64,000 nucleotides of DNA, taken from positions 707,988 through 771,987 of the forward strand of contig MU053588.1 of NCBI GenBank assembly GCA_013239625.1, given 5' to 3'. Below the pieces are notes generated by a model that was not told the origin of the DNA, did not search any database, and saw nothing but the letters and a program-made list of their open reading frames with translations. The stretch's first letter is position 1. The number at the start of each line of letters is the position of its first letter. Positions 36,831 to 48,640 of the stretch are shown piece after piece. The stretch comes from Lama guanicoe (taxonomy: Eukaryota). A program made the position numbers and the translations under genes.

Positions 36831-38904
36831 ACTTTGTTGCTTCTTAAGAAGTCCCGGGATCCCAGACTGCTAGCTATCCGACCAGTGTAAATTCTTCTAG
36901 GAAGGGAGGAACAGGGCAGCATATTTTGCTTTGGGGAAGTTTTGATCGTTAAAGAGCTCTCTCACATTTGCTCCATGTACCTACCTCTCACTGGTTCTGG
37001 TCTGGTCCTGGTGCCGGGCACTAGCCACGAATCTTCCTCCTGCCAGCCCTTTGTCGCTTGCGGATGGCTAAGTCTTCTCTGTGCCTCTTTTCCAAGCAAA
37101 CTCTACCTGGGCTTTTAACTCTTCTTCCCAGAATGATGCTTCCAACCTTCTTTCCTTTCTTGGGGTGCTGCTGGTTGGTTGACTCAGCACACATTTAAAA
37201 TTCACCTCCTCTGTGCCCATCCCTGTAATGTAGTGAGTGGGGGAGACAGCCTCAGGGCTGAGTGGGCCTCGTACTCAGGGGCTCCTGGCAGGTGAGGGAG
37301 GCAGACTCTTAGGCAGTGAGAGTCCAGGGTGGGCAGGGCTATATGGGGGAAACCCAGGGGCTGATGGGCACCCGAAGGAAGTGCCCAGGCTAGCCTGGGG
37401 TTCAGAGAGATCTCCTGGAAGCAGCTTTAGGCCTTGAAGGAGGAATAGAGATTCATCAAGGAGCAATGTTCCTGTTCTTCCCCACCTCCCCTTTCTTCAG
37501 GGAAACACTCTCACTACAGTTCTCCTGGCTGAATCTCCACTCCCTTCCTCTGGAAAATGAAGGATTTGGACTTGGGTTTCCATCCATCCATCCATCCATT
37601 CATCCATGTATCCATGCAGCAAACATACCCACTCTGGGCACTAGGCTTACAGGGGTACCCTCTTGGATAGAGTATTTGGGGAGAGCTCTGTCGGTCAACA
37701 GCCCAGAGCGATGAGAGTTCTAACAGGGAAGCCATGGGGCTGTGGGAACTCTGCGGAGACACCTAACGCTGACTTGGGGTTTCAGGGCCAGCTTCTTGAA
37801 GGAGGTAAAATCAAACATGAGTTGACGTGAGGGTGGAGAGCACAGGTTCCAGAGCCCAGCTGCCCTGGGTTCTAGTCTTCGCCTGACCACTGACGAGCCC
37901 CAAGTTGGGGGCCTAACTCTGGGGCTTATTTTCTCCTAAGAATGCTCTGAGAATTAAAAGGTGAGTACGAATCTCAAGTACTTAGAACAGTGCCTGGCAC
38001 AAGTCGTCACATCACAGATGTGATGGTGGTGGTGGTCGCAGTGGAGACAGTGGTCACTTACGTTCATTAGCCTTCAACTGCATGTCAGCAGTTAGGCAGC
38101 CTGGTCACCAGCCTGTGAAATAGTAGGCGTTCACTGCTGCTGTTGGGATTATTTATGCACAAAGAATGAGTGCTCAGCCCCAAGCTAGCATGGTGCCTGG
38201 ATATAGCCAGACTGTGCTCTGGAAACATGGCTTGTACAGCTGAGGCCTGGGCCAGATATTCTGTGGGAGAAGAGAGGAGTTTCTTTGGTGTGTATTGGAA
38301 ACCCATCGCTTTCGGTCTCCCAGTCCCCTTCCCGTCCAGTCCCCAGGCCTCTCACACTGGCCTCTAGCGCGTGGGCTGCCCTTGACCTCTGTGGCCAGAA
38401 CGCATGGATGCTCTGCTCAACCCATCAGCCGAGTTCCAAATTAGACCTGACAGTGTGATTTATTCTCTGGGATGGAGACGGGAGGGCAGAGCCCCAGTGG
38501 GTGATTCCGAGGGAAGGTTGTCAGCCCGAATTAGCCCAGGCCCTTCATGCAGCCTTGCTGTTTCAGCTTCCTGTAACTAATAGGGTTTTCCAGGGTGTTG
38601 CTGGCTTCTGAGCTGCCTCCTCCCATCCCCAGGGGCTGAGACTTGGCTGTGATCCCTGAGGAGCTGTGTTTGATGAGGCCCCGAGGCAGGCTCTGTTTGA
38701 AGGGAGTGGGGGCTCCAGGTCCTTTCATCTGCGCATCAGGCACGAAGAGTGGCGATTCCCCAGGGAATCTTTGTTTTGTCCCCCTCATCCTTTCCCTGAG
38801 GTTCAGTACTGGCGGCTGGGGGCCACTGCTTTCTGCTTACCTCCCAGTCTGTAGTCACAGCTGTCGCTGCCTCTGGCTGCTTTCGTTCATTTACGGAGAA
38901 TACC

Positions 38905-39260
38905 AGTGATAGGCAGGGTTCTGCTGCGGTAACAAATTAACCCTGAAATCCTAGAGGTTGGGCACAACAAATGTCGACTTTTTCTCATGACACAAGTCAG
39001 ATCAGGTGGGAGGCTTTACCTTGAACCTCAGGGATGCAGAATGACAAGGGCTCCCTGGTCTTGAAGCACCACACCTGGAACACAGTTTGCAGGGTCACCC
39101 AGGCAGGACAAAGGCACTAGAGGGTCACACAGCAGCACTTAGATGACAGGGCCAGAGTGACACAGTTCACCTCTGCTCATACCTAAAACTAGCCACGTGG
39201 CCCTGCCTAACTGCAAGGGGCTGGAATGTGGGAGCACGTGGGTATTCAGCGAGCAGTAAA
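38905..39260 (-). mobile_element. MLT1-type LTR
   Basis: ctgctgcggtaacaaattaaccctgaaatc...cacgtggccctgcctaactgcaagggg. Confidence 0.7.
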
Positions 39261-39289
39261 TATCCTGGCCACAGTAGGCAGTAGGTAGG

Positions 39290-39950
39290 TGTGGTATATA
39301 TTAAGTGTGCACTGTGTGCCAGGTCTTCTAAGGGGGGTCTGGAAGTACAAAGGGGTCCCTGCCTTCTGGGCACTCGTGGTTCAGTGGAGGAAATAGAACT
39401 TGGTAAGTAATTCCAGAAGCAGCTGTGTCATTACATGGAGGAGCCCCGAGAGCCTATCCGAGGGGGACCTGGCATGTGTGGAGAGGTCAGGAGATGTCTG
39501 CATAAGGGCTGCCACTTGAGGAGAGGCCTGGAAGATGTGTAGACCTTAATGGAATGGGGGGAGCGTTCCCAACAGAGGGAACAGCATCAACGGAGTTCTG
39601 GACGTGGGAAGGAGCTGGGAGGCAGCCAGCGTAACCTCAGGATCATGCGTCAGGGAGAGGAAGGTGGGGGCAGAATGTGCAGGGTCTGTGTGGCTGTGGG
39701 GAGGAGTTTGGGATTTGTAACACCTACCTTTCAGAGCTGTTGAAAGAATTAAATGAGCTCAGTACTCCTTCAGCACTTGCTGAGTTCCTACTCTTTGGCA
39801 GGCAATGTTTCTGGTCCAAGGGACGTAGCAGTGAACAACGTGGACAACTGTCCCTGCCCTTGTGGAGCTGGTATTCTTGAACGGGAGACAAACAATAAAT
39901 AAGGAAAACAAATAATATAATTTTACCTGATGAAAAAAATGTGTAGCCAA
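39290..39950 (-). mobile_element. L2 fragments
   Basis: tgtgccaggtc...gcgttcccaacagagggaacagc; gtccctgcccttgtggagct. Confidence 0.65.
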
Positions 39951-40644
39951 TGACATAGGATAATTTAATAGAGAGCATTTTGTTTGGATGCTTCGCCAGA
40001 AGTAACAGAAAACCCCATTTGTGCTGGCTTAAACTATCAGGAAATGTGTGAGCTCCCCAACTCCAAGTCCAAGCGTTTGTGGAGCTGCCTTCGGGACTGA
40101 TGACTCGGCAGCTCAAGCCCGCCGCTGGACTGTCTGTAATGCACCTTCACCTTAAGATAGTCCCTTCCATGATCATTGGGTGGCAGTTGGGACATTGCAG
40201 GCAGTCTCACAGATGGGAACAGAAGCTCTTTCAAACTCCACTAGCCCACCTCTGTGGGCATGAATTGTGGGAGAGCTGGGAGGAAGCTGCTGCTGTGGTC
40301 CAGACGGGAGATGATGGAGGACAGGACCAGGGTAGGTGGAATGGGGGGTGAGGAGGGACAGGTCAGGAGATAGAATAGACAGGGCTTGCTAACAGCATGG
40401 CTGCTGGAGAGAAGGGATACTGAGCACATGCACACACAGCACACACACACATGCACACACGCACAGATGTCCACTTTGTACTGTGTCTTCCTCTTGTAAA
40501 AGTCACGGTGCACATTTGCATATTACAGGCTCCGAGAAATCTTGCAGGAAAGAAACCTGCTTATTTGACTGTGGAGCCTTTTTATTTTCTAAAAGCCATT
40601 TAGTCACATGTTCTGCAGAAAGATTTGAAATTTTTTGCTTTAAT

Positions 40645-40828
40645 AATGATTCTCATCTTTGCTGCACATTAGAGTCACATGGGGAGCTTCAAGAAATCGC
40701 AAGCCTTGGGCCCCACCCCAGAACATTTCGTTAGAATCACAGAGGGTAGGACCAGGCGTGGGATGGTTTTGTTTTTTTTTTTTAACTCCCCAGATGTTTC
40801 TAGGGTGTGACCAAGGGTGAGAACTATT
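40645..40828. mobile_element. MER5A-like MITE
   Basis: tgctgcacattagagtcacatggggagctt...ccaagggtgagaactatt. Confidence 0.75.
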
Positions 40829-41385
40829 ACTTTATTGTGTCCTTGGGTGAGCTTCACATTAGAAAGCTATGTTGTTTATTTGTGTGTCTGATTATCAAGA
40901 GAATACTTACTTAGAGTTTAAAAAATGAATCAATTAAAGGCCCCAGACTCTGCCAAGATAATCACTTTTTCAACCCTGGTGTGTTCCTTCCAGAGTTTTA
41001 AAAAATACTTGTAATAAAAAAATATATACTGTATGTATCCCAAAACAAGGTGATTCCCCATGTTTCCAAAGAGAAGATTTTTTTTTTAAGTTTTAACACT
41101 GAAGTGTTTAGGGATATAGATGACATAGTCAGCTGCCTATTTATATCTTTTAATTTATTTTGTGACACATTTAGATCCTCTCACATCATAAAACAATATT
41201 ACTCACATTCTTAACAGGCCTCCTTGTCATCATTAGAGTCCCTTTTTTGAGTCATCTGCACAGATCTCTGGAATACATCGTCTCCACCGCCATCTGAACT
41301 GCTGATGTGTGGCACTTCTTGAATCTGTGTATTAAGTTATTGCGGGAAACTTGATCCCAAGTAATCATGTGTCATTAGACAATTC

Positions 41386-41685
41386 TTTTTTTTTTCCCCA
41401 GTTTTATTATGTAGAATTATTACAATTCTACTGCACATACACATTATATTGCATGTAAATACATATAAACAGTATACTGCACATTTTTTTAGTTGTCATA
41501 TATATGCTAGTTATTATTTCTAAGAACAGATTAGATCTTTAGCTTTTTAAACTTACATAGTTATCAAAGGAATAAAGCCAACAACAAAATGCGGTGATCC
41601 AGTCATAAAGGACAGTCAAATGTGCTTATACATATTCAAGAAATCAAAATAATAATTAGTTCATTTGTGTCCTTGCTGTTATTTT
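41386..41685 (-). mobile_element. Polyadenylated L1-mediated retro-insertion (about 300 bp) with TSD
   Basis: TTAGACAATTCTTTTTTT at 41375 and 41686; minus strand ends AATAAAACTGGGG plus poly-A; TT|AAAA endonuclease site. Confidence 0.85.
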
Positions 41686-42380
41686 TTAGACAATTCTTTT
41701 TTTAATTCCCCTTTTAGTTGTACATTGATGCTCTCTAAAGTGTAGCCAATAACTTTTACTATGTTACATTAAGGAAAAAAACACTTTGAGGTTTTTTTTG
41801 AAAAACCTCATTTACTGAAAATGAATAAATGAAAAAAATGTGAACATGTAAAAGTGGTTACATAAGCACTCATTTTTGAGTCAATCAGACTAATGATTCC
41901 AATATGAATAATAAATGACAGTTTAGGAAAATTCAGTTTCATCCCACACAGCTGCACTTTGCCTCAAGACAATTTTCAGTATTACCTGACACAGACTTTC
42001 TTTCAGCTCCCCAAATTCTAGTTTAAATGTCCCTCTCTGTACAATAAGATTTTTTACATCAAGTATTTTAAGTTAAATGACTGTTGCTTTCGATTACTTG
42101 TCCCTGTCTTGCTTTTTATCTTTACAGGGCCTGTTTAAGTGATTTACAGCACTGGGAATTGTGAGGTTAAGCTTGGGGAACAGTTCCTGAGCCTGTTATG
42201 TCATATGCCTCCTTTTTTTTTATTGTTGCCAAAACTAGCATTGTTTAAGTCATTAGATGCTCATGTGGCTTTCCCAAACAGCACTTTGTTCAAAATAAAA
42301 TGATATGAAAACTCTGAAACAACTCTTATTTCTGAGGATTATTTTTTAGGGGGCTATCTTACTTTTATATTTGGGTAGAC

Positions 42381-42608
42381 TTTTTTTTTTTTGTCAGTTT
42401 ACAGTCTTGTGTCAATTTCTGGTGCACAGCATCATGTTTCAATCATACATGTACATACATATGTTCCTTTTCATATTCTTTTTCATTATAGGTTACTAAC
42501 TGTATATTGAAGATACTGAATATAATTCCCTGTGCTGTACAGTAGAAACTTGTTGTTTATCCATTTTACAAATAGTAGTTAGTATCTGCAAATCTCAAAC
42601 TCCCAATT
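42381..42608 (-). mobile_element. Truncated L1 3' end
   Basis: Poly-T, ttttcatattctttttcattataggttac...tctgcaaatctcaaactcccaattt; related to the 9719 and 1779 copies. Confidence 0.85.
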
Positions 42609-42819
42609 TGAGTTTGGTAAATCTTGTATTCAAGATAGATTAGTTAGGTTAAACACATGCAGTTAGCTTAGTGGTGTTTGACCTTCCTGCCATGAGTAAT
42701 AACTGGTTGGAAAGCCTGAGTTCTCTGACTCTCCCAGTCTAATGTCAGTCATTCTTTTGTTTGTTCGTTCAGCATTGATTAATTTCCTGTCAGCTACTCT
42801 AAGAACCAGTACAGAGGAC

Positions 42820-43230
42820 AGTGGTACCAAAGGTCTGTATTGGAGTCCCAGCCTTCCACTTCTACCTGTGTGAGTGTGGCCAAGGCATTTACCTTCCTGT
42901 GCCTCATTTTCCCCGCCTATAAACTAGAGATAACACTACCTCCCTCATAAAGTGGTTATGGAGATTCAGGGGCTGATTCAGATCCACAATCCCAGGTGGA
43001 GTATGGTCCAAAGGGACGATTATCATCACTGTAGAAATATCCATGTGCTAGATACTCTTCTGGGACCCTGCTGGTTAAAAGCTCTCATTGCTTCTCTAAA
43101 ATCTAAGTCATCCAGAATTCCAAAACACATCTGGCCTAAGAAGTTTGGAAAGGGATCATGCAGCTGTATATATAAAACGCTTAGCATAGTGCCTGGCACA
43201 TAATAAATCCTATGTAAATGGTAACCATTT
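42820..43230 (+). mobile_element. MIR interrupted by a Tigger-like MITE (about 42979-43167)
   Basis: MIR core 42840-42965, MIR tail 43170-43230; insert ends cagatccacaatccc / gggatcatgcagctg|TA. Confidence 0.6.
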
Positions 43231-43359
43231 ATCATTATTATTATTATTTAAAGTGCCTAGCTCATCATCCTTAATCATCATCATGGAAATGCAAATGATA
43301 ACCACAGTGAGATGCCATTACACACCCACCTCAATAGGTGAAATAAAAAGACAACATGG

Positions 43360-43790
43360 GAGGAGATGAGGTCAGAGACTTACATGTGAGGCCTTATAGG
43401 GACTGAGGCTTTTTCCTGAATGTACAGTGGGAGGGTTCTGAGCAGAGGAGGGATATGTTCTGACTCAAGTTAGCAGGATCCCTCTGGCTATGTGTGGGAG
43501 CAGGGGTGGGAGCCAGGAAATCAGGGAGGGAGCGCCTGCTCTGGTCCACGGTCCAGGCAGGAGGAGTGGGAGGTTAAGCAGGGTAGAAGTAGGCAGATCC
43601 TAACCTGATTTGAAGACAGAGCCAGTAGTAACTATGAGTGGACTGAATGTAGGGTGAGAGAAGGGTGGAGGATGGCACAGAGGTTTTGGTTTGAACACTA
43701 AGTGAATAGTGAAGGCGTCAAGTCGAGGAGATTTACAAGGACAAAGTGAAGGTGTTGGAAGAATCAAGGGTATCGCTGTTGGGAGTGGAT
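43360..43790 (-). mobile_element. L2 LINE fragment
   Basis: gagggttctgagcagaggagggatatgttctgact...ggatccctctggct. Confidence 0.7.
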
Positions 43791-43805
43791 TCAAGAGAAA
43801 CAAGG

Positions 43806-44120
43806 CTTTTTTTTTTTTTCAAGAAGAGTTTTAAAAGGTGTACAGAAAATTGATCTTAAAGGACAGAGTTCTCACAAACTCCCTCTCCCCACTGCAGTTT
43901 CACCTTTTATTTCCGTTCGTATTAGTGTGGTACATTTTTTGCAGTTGATAAATTCATACTGATACATCGTTACTAACTAAAGTCCATGATTTACCTTAGG
44001 GTTCATGCTTTTGTTCTGCAGGCTGTGGGTTTTGCCACAGGGTGATATGTATTCATCACGACAATACCATATCGAGCAGCTGCACAGCCCTGTGCGCCAC
44101 ATAGATGTCCCCCTAACCCC
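43806..44120 (-). mobile_element. L1MC-type 3' end
   Basis: attagtgtggtacattt...tactaactaaagtccatgatttaccttagggttca. Confidence 0.8.
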
Positions 44121-44508
44121 CCAACCGGTCTTTTTACTGAAGAACGACAGGGCTTTGCCTCCGTCTCCCTGGCAGACATGAGCCTGTGAAGGTGTGGCCC
44201 CACGTGTTTTGTTTGTTGCCGCGTCTGTAGTGCTCAGGTAACATCTGACACACAGTAGCTGCACAATGAAAATATGTTGTTAGTGTCTTCTTGGATTAGG
44301 AAGGGATTAGAACCTTAGAATCAGAGGCTGTTACTCCAGAGTGTGACAAAAATGTGTCCTATGGACCTGGGCATCTGTCTCCAGTGGGCTTCCGCATATA
44401 CACCACGGGTATTAGGGGGAAGGAATAATCGGAAATGTAACCCAGACGTCTGGGTGCCCCCAGACCAACCATTTACTGAGTGCCTGGTCCTGGGGACAGG
44501 ACTGATAC

Positions 44509-45077
44509 TGTTACCGAATTCAGGTCCAGCTGCTCGCCGCTTGAAAATCAATATTGAGAGGCAATTGTTGGTAGAAAGGAAAGTTGCCTTCTGTCAGAGT
44601 GCCAGGAGTCTGGGGAGAAGGTGGACTCTTGTCCTCCAAAACCAACTCCAAACAGTATGCTCAGCCATGAAAGTTTTAAAGGGAGAAGGAGAAATAATCT
44701 CAGTTGATCCCTGAGGTGGGGAATCAGACTTAGCGCCATCTCCCATTGCCTGTGGGCTTGTCAGCTTCTCCTGATCTTTCTTTACATGCTAACTTGTTCA
44801 CACAGTCTTTTCTCGAGATCACTGAAGGGGAGGCTCAGGAAGAGATCTGGTTATCTGTTAATTACTTACTCTTCATTTCTACTTTGATCTACAGAGAGAA
44901 CCAACAGGTTAGGCAAGGTACTGTATGATCAAAAGATCTGAAAGGCACCATAGGGCTGGAGATAAATAGAGCATGGGGGCGCCTGGTTTAAAAGTTAGTT
45001 ACAATGTCTCTTTGCTAAAGTGACCAGGCAAAAGGGGTTTCCTGCTGAGGGCAGTTTCCTGCAGAGAGCTGCTTATA
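44509..45077 (-). mobile_element. ERV 3' LTR (ERV1-like)
   Basis: Minus strand ends ...ggtaaCA at 44509 and starts directly after a purine-rich PPT-like tract (45078-45096). Confidence 0.7.
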
Positions 45078-45500
45078 AATCCCCTACCCCACCCCCATCA
45101 GGTGTCAGTCCATTTCTATGGGATTAGGGACCAACATCTGTCTTCTGTAACTTATTCATGCTGAGAAAGTGTGTTGCAGTCTTAGGGTGAAAGACATCAA
45201 CATGTGTTTGAAGCATCTCTTTGCTGACAATTTTAGTTCCCCGCGCATATATGAGCAGAGCAAACTACAATTATTTTGATGCCCATGAAGATACAGATCA
45301 TTATGAGCAATAGCGTTAATCCCATTCTCTTGAGGCCAGTTCTGGAATTGTGCTGGCCATAGATTCAGCATTGCTTAAGATGGAGCAGCTGATGTCATGG
45401 CTGCAGCCTGGTCATCATACAGTTCACTTTTTCCCTCTGGTGGCAATTACAGTGTCTGTAAAACAACAGGAGTGTACATTAGACACTGAAAGATTCAGTG
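45078..45500 (-). pseudogene. ERV env TM remnant plus polypurine tract
   Basis: Minus-strand SCCF (CCF codons at 45460-45468), then LNLWP and hydrophobic MGLTLLLIMICIFMGIKIIVVC; stops and frameshifts. Confidence 0.6.
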
Positions 45501-45809
45501 GCTCTATTGTCCTAATCATTAACTGCTTGAGCCTGCTCTTTTGTGACTCAAGGAGGCCTGAGGGACTTCAGCTTTTCTAGGGACAAGAGGCAGAGGACAT
45601 GGCGGGCCCTTTGTACTTGGAGGGGAGCCCTGCAGGGTTCTGCTCAGTTCCAATATGGCTTCCCCATCTATGAAATGGGATAATAATAGTATTGACCTCA
45701 TAGAGCTGTTGTAAGGAGGCAGTGAGATAATGCTGTAAAACACTGTAGGTGTTTAATAAGTGTGAGCTGTTAAAAGTAATAATACCATCGCCATTATTCT
45801 GACTTCATT

Positions 45810-46250
45810 TCACTCACCATCTAGTGGGGGAGACAGATATCAGATAATGTCTCCAACCATGTAATTTAATTGATAATTAGACTCTAGAGAAAAATCCAGA
45901 ATGCCTTGAGAGCGGGTAACAGGGCTGGAGGTGGGATCTTATTTGAGGCTGGAGTCGAGTCTAAGAAGGCTTTTCTGAGGAAGTGACCTATAAGCCTAGG
46001 CTTGAAAGATGAGCAGAAACTTGCTCAGGGGCGGCTGGGTGTTTGGGGCAGAAAGAATCACCTGTGCAAAGGCCCTGAGATGTGTTGAAGGAACAGAGGC
46101 TGGGGTGCCCTGAGCAGAGTGATGGGGGGAAAGTTCACACCCCAGGTCACACTGGACTAGGGGAGCTGTCTGTAAAGACCTGGACTTTCTTCCCATGGCC
46201 CCCAAGAGCCACAGAAGGGTTTTAAGGAGAGCAGTGATACTGTTGGTTTG
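45810..46250 (-). mobile_element. L2 LINE fragment
   Basis: gaaggcttttctgaggaagtgac...tgtgcaaaggccctgag. Confidence 0.75.
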
Positions 46251-47279
46251 GTTTGTTTTTTTTAACTCCTCTGTGCACTTTCAGGACTTGGTGTCCTGAC
46301 TCCCTTCCTCCCCCAGGACAGTTTGTGCCATTGACTGCAAGCCAGGGTCAAGGTCGGAGACTCCAGCCCACCCCCACCATGTGGCACCTTGAAGTGCTCT
46401 GCTGTCCTCTGGCCACTCAGTCTGCAGGGCTGAAAGGAGCTTTACGTAAGGAGAAGCTGCCCTGGTTCCAGACTCATCGGTCCTTAGGAAAGAAGCACCT
46501 GGCTAATCCATCCCAGGCCACCGGGAGGCCCGCAAAACAGGTCACCACAGCACTGCCTCCTTCTCCGAAAGGCTCAGGACCTCGCTGACTCACGATCCCT
46601 TCTTCTCAGAGAAGGGACCCCAGCTGGCTCCCGACAAAGGTGGCCTCGTTTCCTCCTGGGACCAGAGCTGCCAGTGGCCCCACCCCCACCCATTTCCCTA
46701 TATTTTTTTTGTAAGATGCCAACCAATATGCTTCTCTCAGTTCCCCGTTGCAGCCAGCCCTGGAGAGAGGTGGGACTGGGTAGGGAGGGGAATTTCCCAA
46801 TTACCTTTGTCTCCTCAGCTCTGCACAGGTAATGGCTGTTTTGTGAGCCAAGAGTTCTGGGCAGCCCTGTGCCCCAGCCCCTCAGCGAGGGCCCAGATGA
46901 GTCCTCCAGACCCGATGGTATCAGATTCCCAGGGTGTGGAGAGGCCCAGGTTCCCTGAGCAGCACCTGCGTTCCTGCCCTTGTGTCTCCCCTTCTGGGGT
47001 GGCCTCTGTCGGTTGCTGGGTAAGTGGAGGGCCTTGCTGGCCCTTCTTCCATCATGCCCATGGCCACTCATCCCCGGAGCTCCCAGAGGGGGGCTCTGAC
47101 CCCATGGGGAACCAGGAGGCCTCTGTTTTGATCACTTGGGTGCATCCTGTCTCAGGAAGCCCACAGAACTTCTAACTGTGACTTCTCAGCAGTGCTGCCT
47201 ACGTAGTTGAGAGGGTCTTACAGAGCCTTTTAAACAGTTGGATTCCCCATCCAGGCCTGGTCCTTGCTGCTAGGATCTT

Positions 47280-47650
47280 GCTCAGTCTTCATAACAACTC
47301 TCATAGGGAACAGATGAGGGAACCAGGGCACAGAGAAGTCGGGTCACTTGCCTAAGCCCCATAGCTGGGAAGTGGCGGAGTCAGGATTTGAACCCAGGCT
47401 GTTTGGCTTCTTAATCACTGTGCTGTACCTCCTGCCTGCCCACTCTCCTTATCACATCACCCTGTTTATTTTCTCTTAGTGCTTAATCATACTCAGTTTG
47501 TTGACGTGTATGTTGCCTGTCTACACCCTTTAGTAGGCAAGCTCCTGTTTGGTAATATGAATTATGTGTCTTGTTTGTTAGTGTAAACCCAACCTCTGGA
47601 ACAGTACCTGGCACATAGGAGCTGCTCAGTGAGTATCTGTTGAATGAATG
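47280..47650. mobile_element. MIR (minus) followed by L2 3' end (plus)
   Basis: ggagtcaggatttgaacccagg; gaacagtacctggcacataggagctgctcagtgagtatctgttgaatgaatg. Confidence 0.8.
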
Positions 47651-47654
47651 ATCC

Positions 47655-48640
47655 CAAGTTGCCAGTGACAAGTATGTGGAGAGACTGGATCTCTCATACT
47701 TTGCTGGTGGGGGTGTCATGTGGTACAGCCACTCTGGAAAACAAATCAGTGATTTCTTAAGAACTAAGTGTGCAACTCTCATATGACCCCAGTCTTGCAC
47801 TCTCGGACATTTATCCCGGAGAAGTAAGACCAGTGTTCACACAACAACCTATACACAGTTGTTCACAGCAGCTTATTCATAATAGTCCCAAACTGGAAAA
47901 TAGCCGAGATGTCTGTCCTTCAGCCGGTGAATGGTTAAACTGTGGTACATCCATGCCATGATGTACTCATCAGCAATCAAAGGGAACAAACTACTGATAC
48001 ACTCGCCAACTTGGATGAACTTAAGGAAATTGTGCTGAGTGAAAAAGGCCAGTCCTGAATGGTTACATACAGGATGGTTTCATTTATGGCAAAATCATAC
48101 AAATGGAGAACGTGTTGGTGGTTGTCAGGGGACAGGGGCTTATGGGGGAGTGGGTGTGGTTATAAAAGGTGACATTAGGGATCTTTGTGGTAATAGAAGT
48201 GTTCATATCTTGGTTGTCGACCAAATTAAAGCACATGTTTTTGGCTTGTATTGTTTGTTTTATGAGGGGGGTGATTAGGTTTCTTCATTGATTTCCACTT
48301 GGAGGAAGTACTGGGGATTGAACCCCTGACCTCTTGGGTGCTGAGTATGCACTCTACAATTTGAGCTATACCCTTCCCCCTATATCTTGATTGTAATGGT
48401 GGACACAAACATATACATGCGATGAAACTGTATAGAACTGAATACACACACGCACACGGGTATAGGAAATCTGAATAAAATCCGTAGGTTGTATCAATAT
48501 CTGTATCTTGATTATAGTATTGTTCTTCATTTTTGTAAAATGTTACCATTGGCCAGACTGGGTAAAATGTATATAGTGTCTCTCTGTATATAGTATCTTA
48601 CAAGTGTATGTGAGCCTCCAATTATCTCAATAAAAATGGC
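47655..48640 (+). mobile_element. L1MC-type 3' region, interrupted by a SINE
   Basis: atggttaaactgtggtacatccatgc...; ends ttatctcaataaaaa. Confidence 0.85.
48218..48381 (-). mobile_element. tRNA-derived SINE, camelid Vic-1-like
   Basis: Minus strand GGGTATAGCTCAAATTGTAGAG (A box)...GGGTTCAATCCCC (B box)...AAACCTAATCACCCCCC then A-rich tail; TSD ATATCTTG(G/A)TTGT at 48205 and 48382. Confidence 0.85.

Larger units (their letters stand above)
41029..42644 (-). mobile_element. Tc2/pogo-type (Kanga-like) DNA transposon fossil with transposase C-terminal remnant
   Basis: TA|CTGTATGTATCCCAAAACAAGG left end and degenerate inverted right end; minus-strand translation WLHFREHQCTTKRGIKK...ITWDQVSRNNLIHRFKKC..(frameshift)SSSDGGGDDVF. 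Confidence 0.7.

Noticed and set aside
41700..42360. Retrocopied mRNA 3' UTR (AT-rich, with GCACTTT and TTGCCAAA seed-like words)
   Set aside because: Better explained as the body of the Tc2/pogo element, given the transposase motif and TA-flanked ends.
48295..48380. tRNA-like gene
   Set aside because: It has a SINE tail and TSD, and I could not see an intact cloverleaf; it is a tRNA-derived SINE.
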